Source: Rhodothermaceae bacterium | Lineage (GTDB): Bacteria > Bacteroidota > Rhodothermia > Balneolales > Cyclonatronaceae | DNA length: 64,000 nt | NCBI GenBank assembly: GCA_020201275.1 | Contig: JAIVHB010000133.1 | Span: 17,857 to 81,856, forward strand | Direction: 5' to 3' | Part shown: one piece after another, positions 1-8,206 of the stretch | How positions within the stretch are numbered: position 1 is the stretch's first letter | How the letters are laid out: each line of letters opens with the position of its first letter | Position numbers and translations under genes: made by a program | The notes under the pieces: generated by a model | Database searches by the model: none | What the model saw: only the letters and a program-made list of their open reading frames with translations | Told to the model about the DNA's origin: nothing

Positions 1-270
1 ATTTTTAAAAAAAATTATGATGCCTGAATCAACTACCATAGATCTTTTGAGCAGGTACATCACAGGTCTTGCAGATATAACCGGTTTACAAGGTACATCA
101 CGGGAAAAAACATCCCGGGAATCACTTGTTTGCTTCCGTTGTCGCGCTTGATAGCAGTGCATAATAAATCGCGATTTTATTATCATTAGCTCTTTAAAAA
201 CTATGGCCCTGATTGATATGTTTACTTTTCACATGATCTGATATTCAGGCATTCCTTCTAATTTATCTGT

Positions 271-2799
271 ATGAATCAATTCTTTGCCAATTTACAAGTG
301 CCGGTTCATGATCCGGTTCTGATATTTGCCATTGTGATGCTCATCATTTTGCTGGTGCCCCTGCTGTTCAATCGTATCCGTATTCCCGGGGTTGTGGGTC
401 TAATTCTGGCCGGAACCATTGTAGGGCCAAGCGCAATGGGTTTACTTGAACGCGACAGTACTATGATTCTGCTCGGCACTGTAGGCCTTCTGTATCTGAT
501 GTTCATGGCAGGCCTTTCAATTGATTTAAATAAATTTGAGAAACTGCGTAACAGAAGTATTCTCTTTGGTCTGTTTTCATTCTTCATCCCCCAGGGCCTG
601 GCAGTAGCCGCCGGGTTGTACCTGCTCGATTACAGTCTGTTCACATCCCTCCTGCTCGGGTCTATTGTCGGATCTCATACCCTGCTGGCTTACCCGATAG
701 CCAACCGTATCGGCATCATAAAAAACACCGCCGTAACAATGACAATGGGAGGTACCATTGTAACCGACTCACTTTCACTGGCTGTTCTGGCTGTTGTAGC
801 GGGTGCCGTTACCGGCGACATAGGACCAACTTTCTGGATAACATTTATCAGCATGGTTACCGGCTATGTGGTGCTGATAGTACTCGGATTGCCACGTCTG
901 GGAAGATGGTTTCTCAGGGATTCCCGAAATGAAACCAATGCTGAATTTGTCTTTCTTGTGGCCCTTCTCTTTATCACGGCATATCTGGCCGGGCTTGTCG
1001 GTCTTGCACCCATTATCGGGGCGTTCCTGGCAGGGCTTACACTAAACCGGCTGGTGCCCGAGGCGAGTCCACTTATGAGCCGGGTACAATTTGTGGGCAG
1101 TGCATTATTTATCCCCTTTTTCCTGATCTCAGTTGGTATGCTGGTTGACGTGGGCGTACTCACAGAAGGCTATGAAGTATGGATTCTGGCAGGTGTTTTT
1201 ACCGGCCTTGTATTTATCGGAAAATTGATGGGTGCCGTATTCACCGGCCTCATCTACAGATATACCAAAGAAGAAACAATCACTGTGTTTGGGCTTTCGA
1301 GTCCGCAGGCGGCAGCTACACTTGCAGTAACCCTTGTGGGATATGAGATAGGCCTGTTTGATCAATTGGCGGTTAATGCCGTTGTTGTTATGATTTTGAT
1401 AACCTGCATGGTGGGTCCATGGCTGGTAGAACGCTTTGGCCGGGCAGTGGCACTCCAGGAAGATGCCAGTCCCTATAATCCCTCCGAAGCTCCGCAGAGA
1501 ATTCTTATCCCCCTCGCTAATCCTGCTACGGCAGAATCTCTGATGGATATTGCCATGATGATGCGTGGAAAAAACTCCGATGAGCCTCTTTTCCCCCTTA
1601 CGGTAGCACGCGACGGGGCTAAAGTGGATTCACAGGTAGCCGCAAGTGAGAAAATGCTCAGTCATGCGGTGGTGCACGCCGCAGCTGCCGATATACCCGT
1701 ATTACCGGTTACCAGGGTAGATATGAATATCAGTAACGGAATTATGAGGGCTGTTAAGGAACTGCGCATATCCGACATTGTAATTGGCTGGAATGGTCAG
1801 ATATCTGCCAGGCAGAAGATTTTCGGCAGTATTCTCGACAAGTTGCTTGAGCAGAGCGACGAGATAGTACTGGTAACAAAGATTGAACATCCTGTAAACA
1901 CCACTAAACGGGTTATACTGGCAGCACCTCCCCTTATTGACAGAGAACCAGGTTTTGACTCCGCCATTCTCACTATCCAGAATCTTTGTGACCAGATCGG
2001 TGCGGATATATTACTCGTATCTACTGAGCTGAATTCCAGGCGCATCAAAGAGATCCTTACAAAACAGGAACCGAAAATTGATACTGAAGCGCTCATATTA
2101 AGTGAGTGGACCGAAGTTATTCGCATTACGGGGCCCAGGTTCAGTGAAGATGATCTGTTGATAATAATGAGTACCCGGGAGGGGTCACTTGCATGGCAAC
2201 ATTCACTTCACAGATTACCAAGAATAATTTCTAAGCGATACCCCAGACTAAATTTCATAACTGTATATCCGTCGTCAGCTGAGAAACAGTCTGATGTTGA
2301 GTTTAAGATTCATTTTGAGGGATCCGACATTATACCACCGATACCCCGGGAAAACATCGCCCTGAACCAGACGGGGTTATCTGCAAAACAGCTGCTGATT
2401 GAGATGCTGGCATCCCGTTTTGATGGGAAATCTGATGAACGGCTCAGTGAGATCGTAAGAAATGTGATGAAAGCAGACCCCGACAATCTGCCCGGTGAGT
2501 TACCGGATGTTGTACTGACACATTACAAAACACGTTATATTAAACAACCAACCCTGTTCCTCGGCATAAGCAGCGATAATATACAGTTCCTCAATGTTGA
2601 AGGAAGTTTCAACATCATATTCCTGCTTCTCAGCTCAGAAGATACACCGGATCAGCGCAATCTGAACATCCTTGGAAGCCTTGCACGTTTGCTTGGTCAG
2701 ACCAACACCATAAACAAACTGAAGAAAGCCAAAAGCCTGGCCGAAATCAGTGGCGTTATCAGCGTGGCCAATGTTTCTATGGATGATGAATTAGCATAG
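271..2799 (+). CDS. Cation:proton antiporter (CPA2/Kef-type membrane domain) fused to two USP-like modules and a C-terminal PTS EIIA(Ntr)-like domain
   Basis: 842-aa ORF with ATG at 271. The N-terminal ~400 aa are polytopic and match the Na+/H+-exchanger pattern ('IPGVVGLILAGTIVGPSAMGLL', 'LLYLMFMAGLSIDL'). The middle has two USP-like alpha/beta modules ('RILIPLANPATAESLMDIA', 'KRVILAAPPLID'). The last ~150 aa align position by position with the free-standing PtsN of this window, including the His in 'VVLTHYK' (codon 2521..2523) against 'GIPHAK'. Confidence 0.85.
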   Translation: MNQFFANLQVPVHDPVLIFAIVMLIILLVPLLFNRIRIPGVVGLILAGTIVGPSAMGLLERDSTMILLGTVGLLYLMFMAGLSIDLNKFEKLRNRSILFGLFSFFIPQGLAVAAGLYLLDYSLFTSLLLGSIVGSHTLLAYPIANRIGIIKNTAVTMTMGGTIVTDSLSLAVLAVVAGAVTGDIGPTFWITFISMVTGYVVLIVLGLPRLGRWFLRDSRNETNAEFVFLVALLFITAYLAGLVGLAPIIGAFLAGLTLNRLVPEASPLMSRVQFVGSALFIPFFLISVGMLVDVGVLTEGYEVWILAGVFTGLVFIGKLMGAVFTGLIYRYTKEETITVFGLSSPQAAATLAVTLVGYEIGLFDQLAVNAVVVMILITCMVGPWLVERFGRAVALQEDASPYNPSEAPQRILIPLANPATAESLMDIAMMMRGKNSDEPLFPLTVARDGAKVDSQVAASEKMLSHAVVHAAAADIPVLPVTRVDMNISNGIMRAVKELRISDIVIGWNGQISARQKIFGSILDKLLEQSDEIVLVTKIEHPVNTTKRVILAAPPLIDREPGFDSAILTIQNLCDQIGADILLVSTELNSRRIKEILTKQEPKIDTEALILSEWTEVIRITGPRFSEDDLLIIMSTREGSLAWQHSLHRLPRIISKRYPRLNFITVYPSSAEKQSDVEFKIHFEGSDIIPPIPRENIALNQTGLSAKQLLIEMLASRFDGKSDERLSEIVRNVMKADPDNLPGELPDVVLTHYKTRYIKQPTLFLGISSDNIQFLNVEGSFNIIFLLLSSEDTPDQRNLNILGSLARLLGQTNTINKLKKAKSLAEISGVISVANVSMDDELA

Positions 2800-2804
2800 A
2801 CAGA

Positions 2805-3692
2805 TCACACCGGATAAATCGATTTTTTTGCAGCCAGCAGTGTGTTCTTCATCAGCATAGCTACAGTGAGCGGACCAACCCCACCCGGAACCGGTGTAAT
2901 CCAGCTTGCTTTTTTACTGACAGAATCAAACTCGCAGTCGCCGGTAAGCCTGTATCCTTTTTCTGACTGATTATCGGCCACCCTGTTGATTCCCACATCG
3001 ATAACCACTACCCCCTCTTTTACCATCTGACCGGTAATAAGGCCCGGCGAGCCTGCAGCTACTATGAGAATGTCGGCATCGATGGTATGCCGGGTGAGAT
3101 CCCGTGTATATTTGTGACAGATGGTGGTAGTAGCCTTGCTGTCGTTTTCTCTGGAGAGCAGTATGGCCATAGGAGAACCGACAATATTGCTTGCACCCAC
3201 CATTACGGCATGTTTGCCTTTGGTCTGAATACTGTAGTAGTTGAATATTTCAAAGATACCGGCGGGCGTACAGGGACGGAAACAGGGTTGCCCGGTGGTC
3301 ATCCTGCCGATATTCATGGGATGGAAACCATCCACATCTTTCCTGTGATCGATCGTTTCTATAACCGACATCGGATCGATATGCTGCGGTAGCGGCAATT
3401 GTACCAAAATTCCGTCGGTGGCATCGTCGTTGTTGAACTGCCTGATAGTATCCTTCAATTCCTTATCAGACACCGTATCGGGAAGTATAAGGGTATCGGA
3501 ATCGATTCCTACCTCTAAGCAGGCTTTCGTTTTAGCAGATACATAGGTATGCGAACCCGGATTATCGCCAACCAGTATTACCTGCAACCGTGGTTTACGA
3601 TTTCCGGTCTCTGTCCACCGTTTTACATCGCGGGACACATTTTCCCGGAGCAGTCCCGCCACCATTTTTCCGTCCAGAATGCTTGCTGACAT
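2805..3692 (-). CDS. folD: Bifunctional methylenetetrahydrofolate dehydrogenase/cyclohydrolase
   Basis: 295 aa. 'ILDGK' N-terminus, 'LQVILVGDNPGSHTYV', 'GILVQLPLPQHID', 'DVDGFHPMNIG' and 'PVPGGVGPLTVAML' are the classic FolD blocks. Confidence 0.95.
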   Translation of the reverse strand: MSASILDGKMVAGLLRENVSRDVKRWTETGNRKPRLQVILVGDNPGSHTYVSAKTKACLEVGIDSDTLILPDTVSDKELKDTIRQFNNDDATDGILVQLPLPQHIDPMSVIETIDHRKDVDGFHPMNIGRMTTGQPCFRPCTPAGIFEIFNYYSIQTKGKHAVMVGASNIVGSPMAILLSRENDSKATTTICHKYTRDLTRHTIDADILIVAAGSPGLITGQMVKEGVVVIDVGINRVADNQSEKGYRLTGDCEFDSVSKKASWITPVPGGVGPLTVAMLMKNTLLAAKKSIYPV

Positions 3693-4924
3693 TATCTTTC
3701 GATTTGGTATTTCTTCATTTTGTTATACAGATGGCTGCGCTGAATCCCGATCTTATCGGCCGTCTGGGAGATATTCCAATCATTTTTATGCAGGTGGTAT
3801 TTGATGAACAGGTTTTCGGAGGCTTCCTTGAATTCCTGAAAATCCTCATAATCGGCAGGCATTCCATCGAACTGATCGGTTTCCAGTTTACTCATCGCCA
3901 GCATTTCGATAGTGTCGGCGCCGGCCAGCTCTTCAAGGAAAAACCGGGCGAGCAGTTCAATATCGTCACGGCGTTCACGCAGTGGAGGCACGTGAATCGG
4001 TATCACACTGAGCCGGTGAAACAGATCTTCCCTGAAACGGTGTTCTGCAATTTCTTCTTTGAGATCTTTATTGGTGGCCGAAAGTACCCGAACATCAACC
4101 TTAATGGATTCGGATCCACCAACACGGGTAATAGTATTTTCCTGAAGCGCTCTGAGCACTTTAGCCTGGGATGCAGGGCTCATATCGCCGATTTCATCGA
4201 GGAAAAGCGTACCACCATCGGCTTGTTCGAATTTGCCTATACGCCGGCCAGCCGCTCCTGTGAACGCACCTTTTTCGTGACCGAACAATTCACTTTCGAG
4301 AAGATCAGCGGGGATGGCCGCACAGTTGACTTCGACAAACGGACCATTGTTCCTACGGCTGTATTCGTGGAGCCATCTGGCAACAAGTTCTTTTCCGGTA
4401 CCATTTTCACCGGTTATGAGAACCCTGGCATCGGTTGGTGCTACTTTTCTTATGGTTTTCCGGATATTTTTAATCAGGTCGGTTTCGCCGATTATTTCAG
4501 TAACCCTGGAAATGCGCCGGCGCATTTTTTTGTTTTCAAGAATCAGGCTCTGCTTTTCCAATGCATTTCGTACACTAATCAGCAGTCTGTTAAGGTCGGG
4601 TGGTTTTTGCAGAAAGTCGAACGCACCAAGCCTGGTGGCCTGAACGGCAGCATCAATATTGCCATGACCGGAAAGCATTATGACCGGAAAATCGAAACCC
4701 TGTTCTCTGAGCTTTTCCAGGACTTCCATTCCATCCATTCCCTGCATCTTGATATCGAGAAACATCAGGTCTACGTTTTGCCTGCCAATGAGTTCAAGGC
4801 ATTCCATTCCGCTGCCTGCCTCGAAAACCTCATAGTTTTCGTACTCCAGAATCTCACGCAATGCTTTGCGGATGCTGCTTTCATCGTCGGTTAGTAATAT
4901 TTTCAGTTTAGTCGGCCTCGACAT
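3692..4924 (-). CDS. Sigma-54-dependent response regulator (NtrC family enhancer-binding protein)
   Basis: REC domain ('KILLTDDESSIRKAL', 'DLMFLDIKMQGMDG'). AAA+ sigma-54 interaction domain (Walker A 'GENGTGKE', intact 'GAFTGA', 'GTLFLDEIGDM'). C-terminal Fis-type HTH ('ISQTADKIGIQRSHLYNKMKKY'). The stop shares one nucleotide with the folD start (TAATG at 3690..3694, minus strand). Confidence 0.9.
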   Translation of the reverse strand: MSRPTKLKILLTDDESSIRKALREILEYENYEVFEAGSGMECLELIGRQNVDLMFLDIKMQGMDGMEVLEKLREQGFDFPVIMLSGHGNIDAAVQATRLGAFDFLQKPPDLNRLLISVRNALEKQSLILENKKMRRRISRVTEIIGETDLIKNIRKTIRKVAPTDARVLITGENGTGKELVARWLHEYSRRNNGPFVEVNCAAIPADLLESELFGHEKGAFTGAAGRRIGKFEQADGGTLFLDEIGDMSPASQAKVLRALQENTITRVGGSESIKVDVRVLSATNKDLKEEIAEHRFREDLFHRLSVIPIHVPPLRERRDDIELLARFFLEELAGADTIEMLAMSKLETDQFDGMPADYEDFQEFKEASENLFIKYHLHKNDWNISQTADKIGIQRSHLYNKMKKYQIER

Positions 4925-5093
4925 AGTATTTGTCGTTAATTCAGTTAGAGATGAACTTCTCGCAAGAGACAGATAACATCCGTTTCATAATGTTACTGTT
5001 CGCATAATAATTTATGGCTCCGGCTGCCGGCAGGTGAATAACAGCGGTTAATTCATTTCATTTTAACCTGCGCTGACAACCTGATTTATCAGG

Positions 5094-5558
5094 TTAGTGC
5101 ATTCCGGATTCTTCTTCTGAAAATATCTTATGTATTTCATCCGCCGATTCCGCTTGCTTAATTGCATTGCGAAACTGGTCGTTGTTCATAAGCCTGGATA
5201 TTCTGCTTAGTAATTTAATATGGGTGGTACTCTGGCCGTCGGGCCCGATAAGCAGAAAAACCAGTTCAACATCCTGGTCGTCGATCGAGCCGTATTCAAG
5301 AGGGTTTTTGAGCCGGGCAAATACAGCGAAATTCCGTTCAATACCGTTAATTTTTGCATGAGGTATGCCGAGCCCCTTTCCAACCCCTGTAGACATGATC
5401 GACTCACGTTCCATAACAGCCCTTGTAGCCCGCATGGTGTTCTCCTTACCAAGTTCTGCAGACAGTGATTGAATCATTGTCTTAACAAGTTCTTCTTTTG
5501 ACTCAGCTTCAAGATTATGGAATACATTACCCGAAGTCAGAAGATCCGAAACTTTCAT
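5094..5558 (-). CDS. ptsN: PTS EIIA-type-2 nitrogen regulatory protein (EIIA-Ntr)
   Basis: 154 aa with the PTS_EIIA_2 pattern: 'STGVGKGLGIPHAK' carries the phospho-His, followed by 'VELVFLLIGP' and 'HIKLLSRISRLM'. Confidence 0.85.
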   Translation of the reverse strand: MKVSDLLTSGNVFHNLEAESKEELVKTMIQSLSAELGKENTMRATRAVMERESIMSTGVGKGLGIPHAKINGIERNFAVFARLKNPLEYGSIDDQDVELVFLLIGPDGQSTTHIKLLSRISRLMNNDQFRNAIKQAESADEIHKIFSEEESGMH

Positions 5559-5704
5559 TTAATCTATTTTTCATGGAAATCAGTGATTGTACAAATATAC
5601 TCACACCACCACTGAGTTATCAAAAGGAATGAGATACTATTTTTCAGGATATAGGTCCAGTTAAATTCTCCTGTTTTTAAGGCAAATTCGGTTTAATTTC
5701 GGAA

Positions 5705-6373
5705 ATGAGTTTTATTAAAAGCGCTACTGCCGTTTTCCGCAAGGATTTTCAATCCGAATTGCGCTCACGATACGCCATCAATACTGTGCTTGCCTTTGTA
5801 GCATCCTCCCTCATGATTATTCTGTTCTCTGTGAGGATAATGGAATTGCCGCCGGCCGCCAGAGGTGCGATCGGATGGATCGTTCTGTTATTTGCTGCGT
5901 TGTCAAGTTTATCCAGATCTTTCGTTATGGAAACCGACAAGGGGACATACGATCTGTTGCGCCTGAATGTAAGCGGACTGGCTGTATTTACCGGAAAGTT
6001 ATTTTACAATCTTCTTTTCACAACTATGGTTACCATTGCGGTGATGTCGGCATACTGGTTTCTGAGCGGCATAGAGGTTGGCAATCCGCTGTTCATGGCA
6101 ATCATTCTGTTTTTTGGTATCATCGGTTTTTCATCAATCTCAACCCTCCTGGGCGCGGTTGTGGCGCAGGCTACACGAAAAGGGTCGATATTTGCCGTTA
6201 TTGCACTGCCCCTGCTGCTTCCTCTTATTTTGCTACTGTCAGGAACAACAACTGCTGCCATCCAGGGTGAAACAACGGGGGAATATCTCAGCGAAATCCT
6301 CGCTCTGTTCTCCTTTTGCGGAGTTACGCTTACTATGTCGGTTCTCTTATTTGACTACACCTGGTATGAATGA
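5705..6373 (+). CDS. ccmB: CcmB-like heme-exporter / ABC-2 type permease
   Basis: 222 aa with about six hydrophobic segments. The N-terminal 'FRKDFQSELRSRYAINTVLAF' and the 'ETDKGTYDLLRL' block resemble CcmB. No ccmA or ccmC lies next to it. Confidence 0.55.
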   Translation: MSFIKSATAVFRKDFQSELRSRYAINTVLAFVASSLMIILFSVRIMELPPAARGAIGWIVLLFAALSSLSRSFVMETDKGTYDLLRLNVSGLAVFTGKLFYNLLFTTMVTIAVMSAYWFLSGIEVGNPLFMAIILFFGIIGFSSISTLLGAVVAQATRKGSIFAVIALPLLLPLILLLSGTTTAAIQGETTGEYLSEILALFSFCGVTLTMSVLLFDYTWYE

Positions 6374-7385
6374 TTCTTTCTATACATCAGATGCGTTTGA
6401 CCCGTCGTGGTACAGCCATCCCGACATTAACCTTTTCCTGCCGCTACCTTCAACTGTCAGTTTCGACGAGCTGCGCATGCGTATTGATATGCTCTCCAAA
6501 GATCCGTATGAGATTGTTGACTTCGGCCTGCGCCCTTCAATTACCGGCGACGACAGCAGCAAAAACCGTAATGCATTCTACTCGGTCAAGTATTTCAATG
6601 AAGAAATAAGGAAAGTCAGCTATTACAAGCCGAATGAGGGGCAGAAGAACATTGTGATCATTACCAATGTGGAAAAAATGCGAAAGGAGGTGGCCAACGG
6701 CTTTCTCAAATTGCTGGAAGAACCGGGTGAAAATCTGATGTTCATTCTAACCACCGACAATCCGAACGTTCTGTTGCCCACCATACTTTCACGATGCCAG
6801 ATTGTTCACTGTCCGCCGCTGAGCCACACAGAAATTGAGAACGGGCTTGTGAACCTGGATGGATTACCACAGGGCGAGGCCTCCTATCTTGCCCGGATCG
6901 CCGGGGGCAATTATGCCATGACCCGGTTCTACGATACTGCTACCCTGAAGACCAACCGGCAGGCGGTCATTCAATTTTTAAGGTACTCATATGTAAATGA
7001 TGCCGTTCAGATCACCCGTACTGCCGCCTCATGGCAGACCGACCTGAATCTTGAAGGGCAGGCCTCGGTTTTGAACATGCTTGAAATGTTCATACGTGAT
7101 CTGATGGTTTACATGCAGACCGGAGAAGCAGATTCTCTTATAAATGCCGATCAGGCAGATGTGATCAGTAAATTCTGTGCCTCTCTGAAAGATGCGCGTC
7201 TCGATTCCATGTTGCATCAGGTGGCCTTTGCCCGAAAGATTATCTATCAAAACGTATCACCCAAGCTCATCTTTACGGTGCTCGCAAATCGTTTTACCGC
7301 CCTGATGCGCGGTTACGATACAGTGATACCTTTTGATGAACCCTGGCATCATCTCCCGGCTTATACTGCCTTAGACGCATCATGA
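6366..7385 (+). CDS. holB: DNA polymerase III delta-prime subunit (apparently N-terminally short)
   Basis: 'HPDINLFLP', 'NIVIITNVEKMRKEVANGFLKLLEEPGENLMFILTT' and 'LLPTILSRCQIVHCPPL' are clamp-loader delta-prime boxes. The listed ORF starts at 6078, but that part lies inside ccmB. The first ATG outside most of ccmB is at 6366 (8-nt overlap). The stop overlaps the dapF start (ATGA). Confidence 0.7.
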   Translation: MNDSFYTSDAFDPSWYSHPDINLFLPLPSTVSFDELRMRIDMLSKDPYEIVDFGLRPSITGDDSSKNRNAFYSVKYFNEEIRKVSYYKPNEGQKNIVIITNVEKMRKEVANGFLKLLEEPGENLMFILTTDNPNVLLPTILSRCQIVHCPPLSHTEIENGLVNLDGLPQGEASYLARIAGGNYAMTRFYDTATLKTNRQAVIQFLRYSYVNDAVQITRTAASWQTDLNLEGQASVLNMLEMFIRDLMVYMQTGEADSLINADQADVISKFCASLKDARLDSMLHQVAFARKIIYQNVSPKLIFTVLANRFTALMRGYDTVIPFDEPWHHLPAYTALDAS

Positions 7386-8206
7386 AAAGCCAGCGAATTC
7401 CCTTTACAAAGATGCACGGGGCCGGCAACGACTTTATCGTAATCGACAACCGCACTGAAGTCATCGATCATGATGCTTTTACTAAACAGATCCCTTTGCT
7501 TTGCCATCGCAGGTATGGCGTTGGTGCCGATGGCATCCTGATTCTTGAAGCAGACCAAAGGGCTTCATATCGTATGATTTATAAAAATGCGGATGGCAGT
7601 GATGCCGGAATGTGTGGCAACGGGGGGCGTTGTATAGCCCTGTTTTCAACCACAATCGGTTACAACAGTGATCATACCTTCATAGCCGGCAGTTCCATAT
7701 ACCGTGCCGTGGTCAGAAGCAACAGCGTTGTCATTCATTTTCCTGTAGAGTCAGTGGTAAGAATCGTTGATGGGTCTGAGGATGGGGAAATCTATCAGGT
7801 TCATACGGGAACAGAGCATATCGTACTTGAAGCCGGACCCGGTCTTCTCGAAGCCGATTCAGAACTTATAACCCTGGGGCGAAAACTGCGTTACGCAAAG
7901 GCATTCAAACCTGCAGGCACCAATGTTAACTTCATGACCGTTAAAGGTGATAAACGAATACGCCTGCGTACCTATGAGCGCGGTGTTGAGAACCTGACTC
8001 TGGCCTGTGGTACCGGTTCAATTGCATCAGCCCTTACGGCCCACTCACTTTCAGATGAGAGAACAAACCGGGATCTGTATACCGTCGAATGCGATGGCGG
8101 CGAACTTGAAATCGGTTTCAATCATAACCGGGAATCCGGTATTTATTCCCAGATCACTTTAAAAGGACCAGCTGAAATTGTTTTTGAAGGCATTATTGAT
8201 ATTTAA
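7382..8206 (+). CDS. dapF: Diaminopimelate epimerase
   Basis: 'FTKMHGAGNDFIVID' is present. Both catalytic Cys motifs are present: 'MCGNGGRC' and 'LACGTGSIASA'. Confidence 0.95.
   Translation: MKSQRIPFTKMHGAGNDFIVIDNRTEVIDHDAFTKQIPLLCHRRYGVGADGILILEADQRASYRMIYKNADGSDAGMCGNGGRCIALFSTTIGYNSDHTFIAGSSIYRAVVRSNSVVIHFPVESVVRIVDGSEDGEIYQVHTGTEHIVLEAGPGLLEADSELITLGRKLRYAKAFKPAGTNVNFMTVKGDKRIRLRTYERGVENLTLACGTGSIASALTAHSLSDERTNRDLYTVECDGGELEIGFNHNRESGIYSQITLKGPAEIVFEGIIDI

Noticed and set aside
53-101. Direct repeat AGGTACATCAC at 53..63 and 91..101 upstream of the antiporter gene, and a 44-codon ORF at 17..151
   Set aside because: Only two short copies are present, with no recognisable operator symmetry. 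The small ORF has no support. It could be a regulator site, but the sequence alone cannot substantiate this.
3590-4894. 434-aa ORF on the plus strand
   Set aside because: It is entirely antisense to the well-supported NtrC-family gene. It has low-complexity, Phe/Ile-rich composition and no recognisable motif, which is typical of a shadow ORF.
5078-5095. 7-bp hairpin AACCTGA-TTTA-TCAGGTT overlapping the ptsN stop codon
   Set aside because: No U-run follows it on the transcribed (minus) strand, so it is not a convincing intrinsic terminator. ptsN may read through into the sigma-54 activator gene.
6078-6365. Upstream extension of the holB ORF (ORF-track start 6078)
   Set aside because: It lies inside ccmB in another frame. 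Its translation is Cys/Leu/Arg-rich with no clamp-loader similarity, so it does not supply the missing holB N-terminus.
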